A DNA stretch of 64,000 nucleotides. Origin: Limisphaerales bacterium. GTDB taxonomy: Bacteria; Verrucomicrobiota; Verrucomicrobiia; Limisphaerales; SIBE01. Shown one piece after another: positions 61,877 to 64,000 of the stretch. How positions within the stretch are numbered: the first letter of the stretch is position 1; each line of letters begins with the position of its first letter. The notes under the pieces were generated by a model. The model did not search any database and was not told the origin of the DNA. It saw only the letters and a program-made list of their open reading frames with translations. The translations under genes were made by a program, and so were the position numbers. Where the stretch lies: positions 19,642 through 83,641 of the forward strand of contig JBGAIN010000001.1 of assembly GCA_044225505.1 (NCBI GenBank), written 5' to 3'.

Positions 61877-64000
61877 TCATTCTTTCGGCCGGTTAAGTCC
61901 CTGTGGTGGGGCGTTGGCGTGGGTCGGGTCACGTGTCCCATCCAGCAGCCTTAGACCACTGGCCGTTTTCGCCACGAGCCACTGGCCGTCAGCAGAGAAT
62001 AGAATGTCTCTAATTGGATCAACCAAGCGTTGGATGGAAAGCAGTTCCTGCTGAGTTTGAACATTCCAAAAACGAAGAGTGCTGTCGTCACTGACGGAGG
62101 CGAGAGTTTCTCCGTCGGGAGCCAGCGCCAGCCACCGTATTCCCTGCGTATGCCCTTGGCAAATGCCCAGGAATTTCCCCGTTCGGGTGTTCCATAACCG
62201 AACCGCATTTTCGCTTTCCTTCATAGGATTGGATCCAATCGCGAGGATGCTGCCGTCATCGGAAAGAGCCAGTTGAGTGGCGAAGCCGAAGTCCGCCTCG
62301 ACTGGGAATTCCGCTTTGAGCGAGCGCGCCTTCGGGTCCCATCGCTTGATACTCCCGTCGTGGAGCGTCACCAGGGCCATGCCATTTCGAGCGAACAGAG
62401 CGCCCTTGCAATCCAATGGGATTGGCGGGTCGGCAAGGGATCGCAAATTCCACCAGAATGCGGAACTTCCGTCTCCCGCCAGGAGTGTCGCGCCGTCCGG
62501 GGCGATCGCTGCCCAGGAAAAGTGCCGGTCACGGTTGCCGAGCTCGACCGACCGCCGGTTATGCAGGTCCCATAGACGAAGTCCGCCTTCCCACATCGGT
62601 TCTGCCAGGGTGCGCAAGTCATCGCTGATGGCACCGGTCCAACGAGGCGTTTTGGCTAATTGAAGCTGGTCTTCGGGTTCGCCTGTCTCGAGGTTCAGCA
62701 GGACGAACTTGGAACCAGCGTTAATGGCCGCAAGCATCCGCCCATCTTTGGAGAATCTGATGGGTGTCCATGTTCCTTCGTAAAGTTTCTCTTTGGCGCC
62801 GGCGTTGGCTGGCCAAAACAGAACCCGACCGTCTTTGGCACCGCTGATGATGCCCCGACCGTCTGCGGCAAAAGCCGTAGCCCAGACCTCCGAAGGATTT
62901 CCGTGCAAAGTTTGCACGACTTGGCCGGCCCCGAAATCCCATAGCCGGAGTGAGTGATCCCAACTCGCTGAGGCGAGAAGTTTTCCGTCGGGAGCAAAGG
63001 CAAGGCCCGAGATCGTCCCGGAATGGGAGGCTGCATTAGGATGCGGAGGAATGCTTGCCAGTTTTCTTCCCGTCGCTGTATCCCAGACGTCGATCACAAA
63101 AATGCTGGCATCCCGAAGACTATTGCGGGCGGCAATAACGGAATTGCCATCAGGAGAAAACAATAAGACGTTTTTGTCCCTCATCATCCCGCCTGGCTCG
63201 ACAAACATGCCTTGCGAATTCTCTAGGACCAGTAACGGCTTAGCCGCAGCTACGTCCCAAAGCACGATGCCCTTGCTGCTGTCGATCGCCAGCACGGGTC
63301 CACGCGGCGCGAACGCAAACGGCGGTAGGCTGTTCGGAATTTCTGACACGAGCTTCCCGTCGGCACTGTTAAAGACGTGCGCCCCTGTAAAGGAATGCGC
63401 AGCCAGGAACTTTCCATCCGGCGAGAACGCGAGGGGAGAGCCGTGATCGGTGATAGAGTAGACCTCTGCCCAGTCGGAAATTCGCCAGACCCGGACCGTG
63501 CTTTTGCCGGCCGTGGCAAGGAGACCCGCGGTTGACAGCGCGAGCGAAGAACCTGGCTTAGCCAGGCTTTTTACCAAATCACCGGATTTCGAGTCGTAGA
63601 TTTTGACGGCATCGCGCAATCCGACGACCAGCCACTCCGGGGAGTTGGCCAGGGACAAGACGCTGGAGGGTTCCTGGGCCAGTAGCGTATGCTCGTCGCC
63701 TTGGGCGGCTCGCCACAAATATCGCCATTCGAATCGATCAGAACCAGCAGTGCGGTGCTTGGCCAGCAGGTTGGTTGCTCGGGCCAAGTTGCCCGCGAGA
63801 ATGGTATGGTGGGCAAGATTGACGTCGGCTACATACTCGTTGAGCTCTGCCTTTCCCTGACTAGCGAAAGCACGCTCTTTTTCCCGCTCGGCTTTCGAGC
63901 GGAGCAGTTCCTCGTTCTTTCGGCCCAGTTCGGCCGTACGTTCCGCGCGTGTCGCCCGAATAGCCTGCCAAATACTGACGGTGGTGCCAACTGCCACGAC
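61877..64000 (-). CDS. C-terminal WD40 portion of a probable Ser/Thr kinase (5' end off-window)
   Basis: VSIWQAIRATR...FEWRYLWR linker matches the kinase at 1-2207 (TSWQALRATR...WEWRYLWR); multiple WD40 blades. Confidence 0.85.
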   Translation of the reverse strand, partial: VVAVGTTVSIWQAIRATRAERTAELGRKNEELLRSKAEREKERAFASQGKAELNEYVADVNLAHHTILAGNLARATNLLAKHRTAGSDRFEWRYLWRAAQGDEHTLLAQEPSSVLSLANSPEWLVVGLRDAVKIYDSKSGDLVKSLAKPGSSLALSTAGLLATAGKSTVRVWRISDWAEVYSITDHGSPLAFSPDGKFLAAHSFTGAHVFNSADGKLVSEIPNSLPPFAFAPRGPVLAIDSSKGIVLWDVAAAKPLLVLENSQGMFVEPGGMMRDKNVLLFSPDGNSVIAARNSLRDASIFVIDVWDTATGRKLASIPPHPNAASHSGTISGLAFAPDGKLLASASWDHSLRLWDFGAGQVVQTLHGNPSEVWATAFAADGRGIISGAKDGRVLFWPANAGAKEKLYEGTWTPIRFSKDGRMLAAINAGSKFVLLNLETGEPEDQLQLAKTPRWTGAISDDLRTLAEPMWEGGLRLWDLHNRRSVELGNRDRHFSWAAIAPDGATLLAGDGSSAFWWNLRSLADPPIPLDCKGALFARNGMALVTLHDGSIKRWDPKARSLKAEFPVEADFGFATQLALSDDGSILAIGSNPMKESENAVRLWNTRTGKFLGICQGHTQGIRWLALAPDGETLASVSDDSTLRFWNVQTQQELLSIQRLVDPIRDILFSADGQWLVAKTASGLRLLDGTRDPTHANAPPQGLNRPKE

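Overview
Bacterial chromosomal window, most consistent with a Verrucomicrobiota/PVC-type organism (ECF sigma factor plus Ser/Thr kinase cassettes, prepilin H-X9-DG protein, PQQ-like propeller, secreted proteins ending in an F[YF]R tail). It contains four membrane Ser/Thr kinases (three WD40, one TPR; two cut by the window edges), four ECF sigma factors, a PAS/GAF hybrid histidine kinase, a FecR-TPR-outer membrane barrel protein, a frameshifted surface-protein gene with ~2.7 near-identical 495-bp repeats, a stretch of gene fragments (23.4-28.6 kb), several hydrolases, a cnrYXH-like regulatory triad driving a CusCBA-type RND pump, an arsC-arsM-acr3 operon without an intact arsR, a Tat-exported ferritin-like protein, and a CotH kinase next to an EF-hand/PQQ propeller protein. 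No rRNA, tRNA, CRISPR array, reverse transcriptase or intact transposase was seen. The most notable observations are (i) a basic protein built from nine tandem ~46-aa Myb/SANT-like helix-turn-helix repeats with variable putative recognition-helix residues (57094-58515) and (ii) three distinct fixed-spacing bipartite motifs that look like the promoters of three different ECF classes and outline small local regulons. All calls come from reading the sequence by eye; no searches were run.
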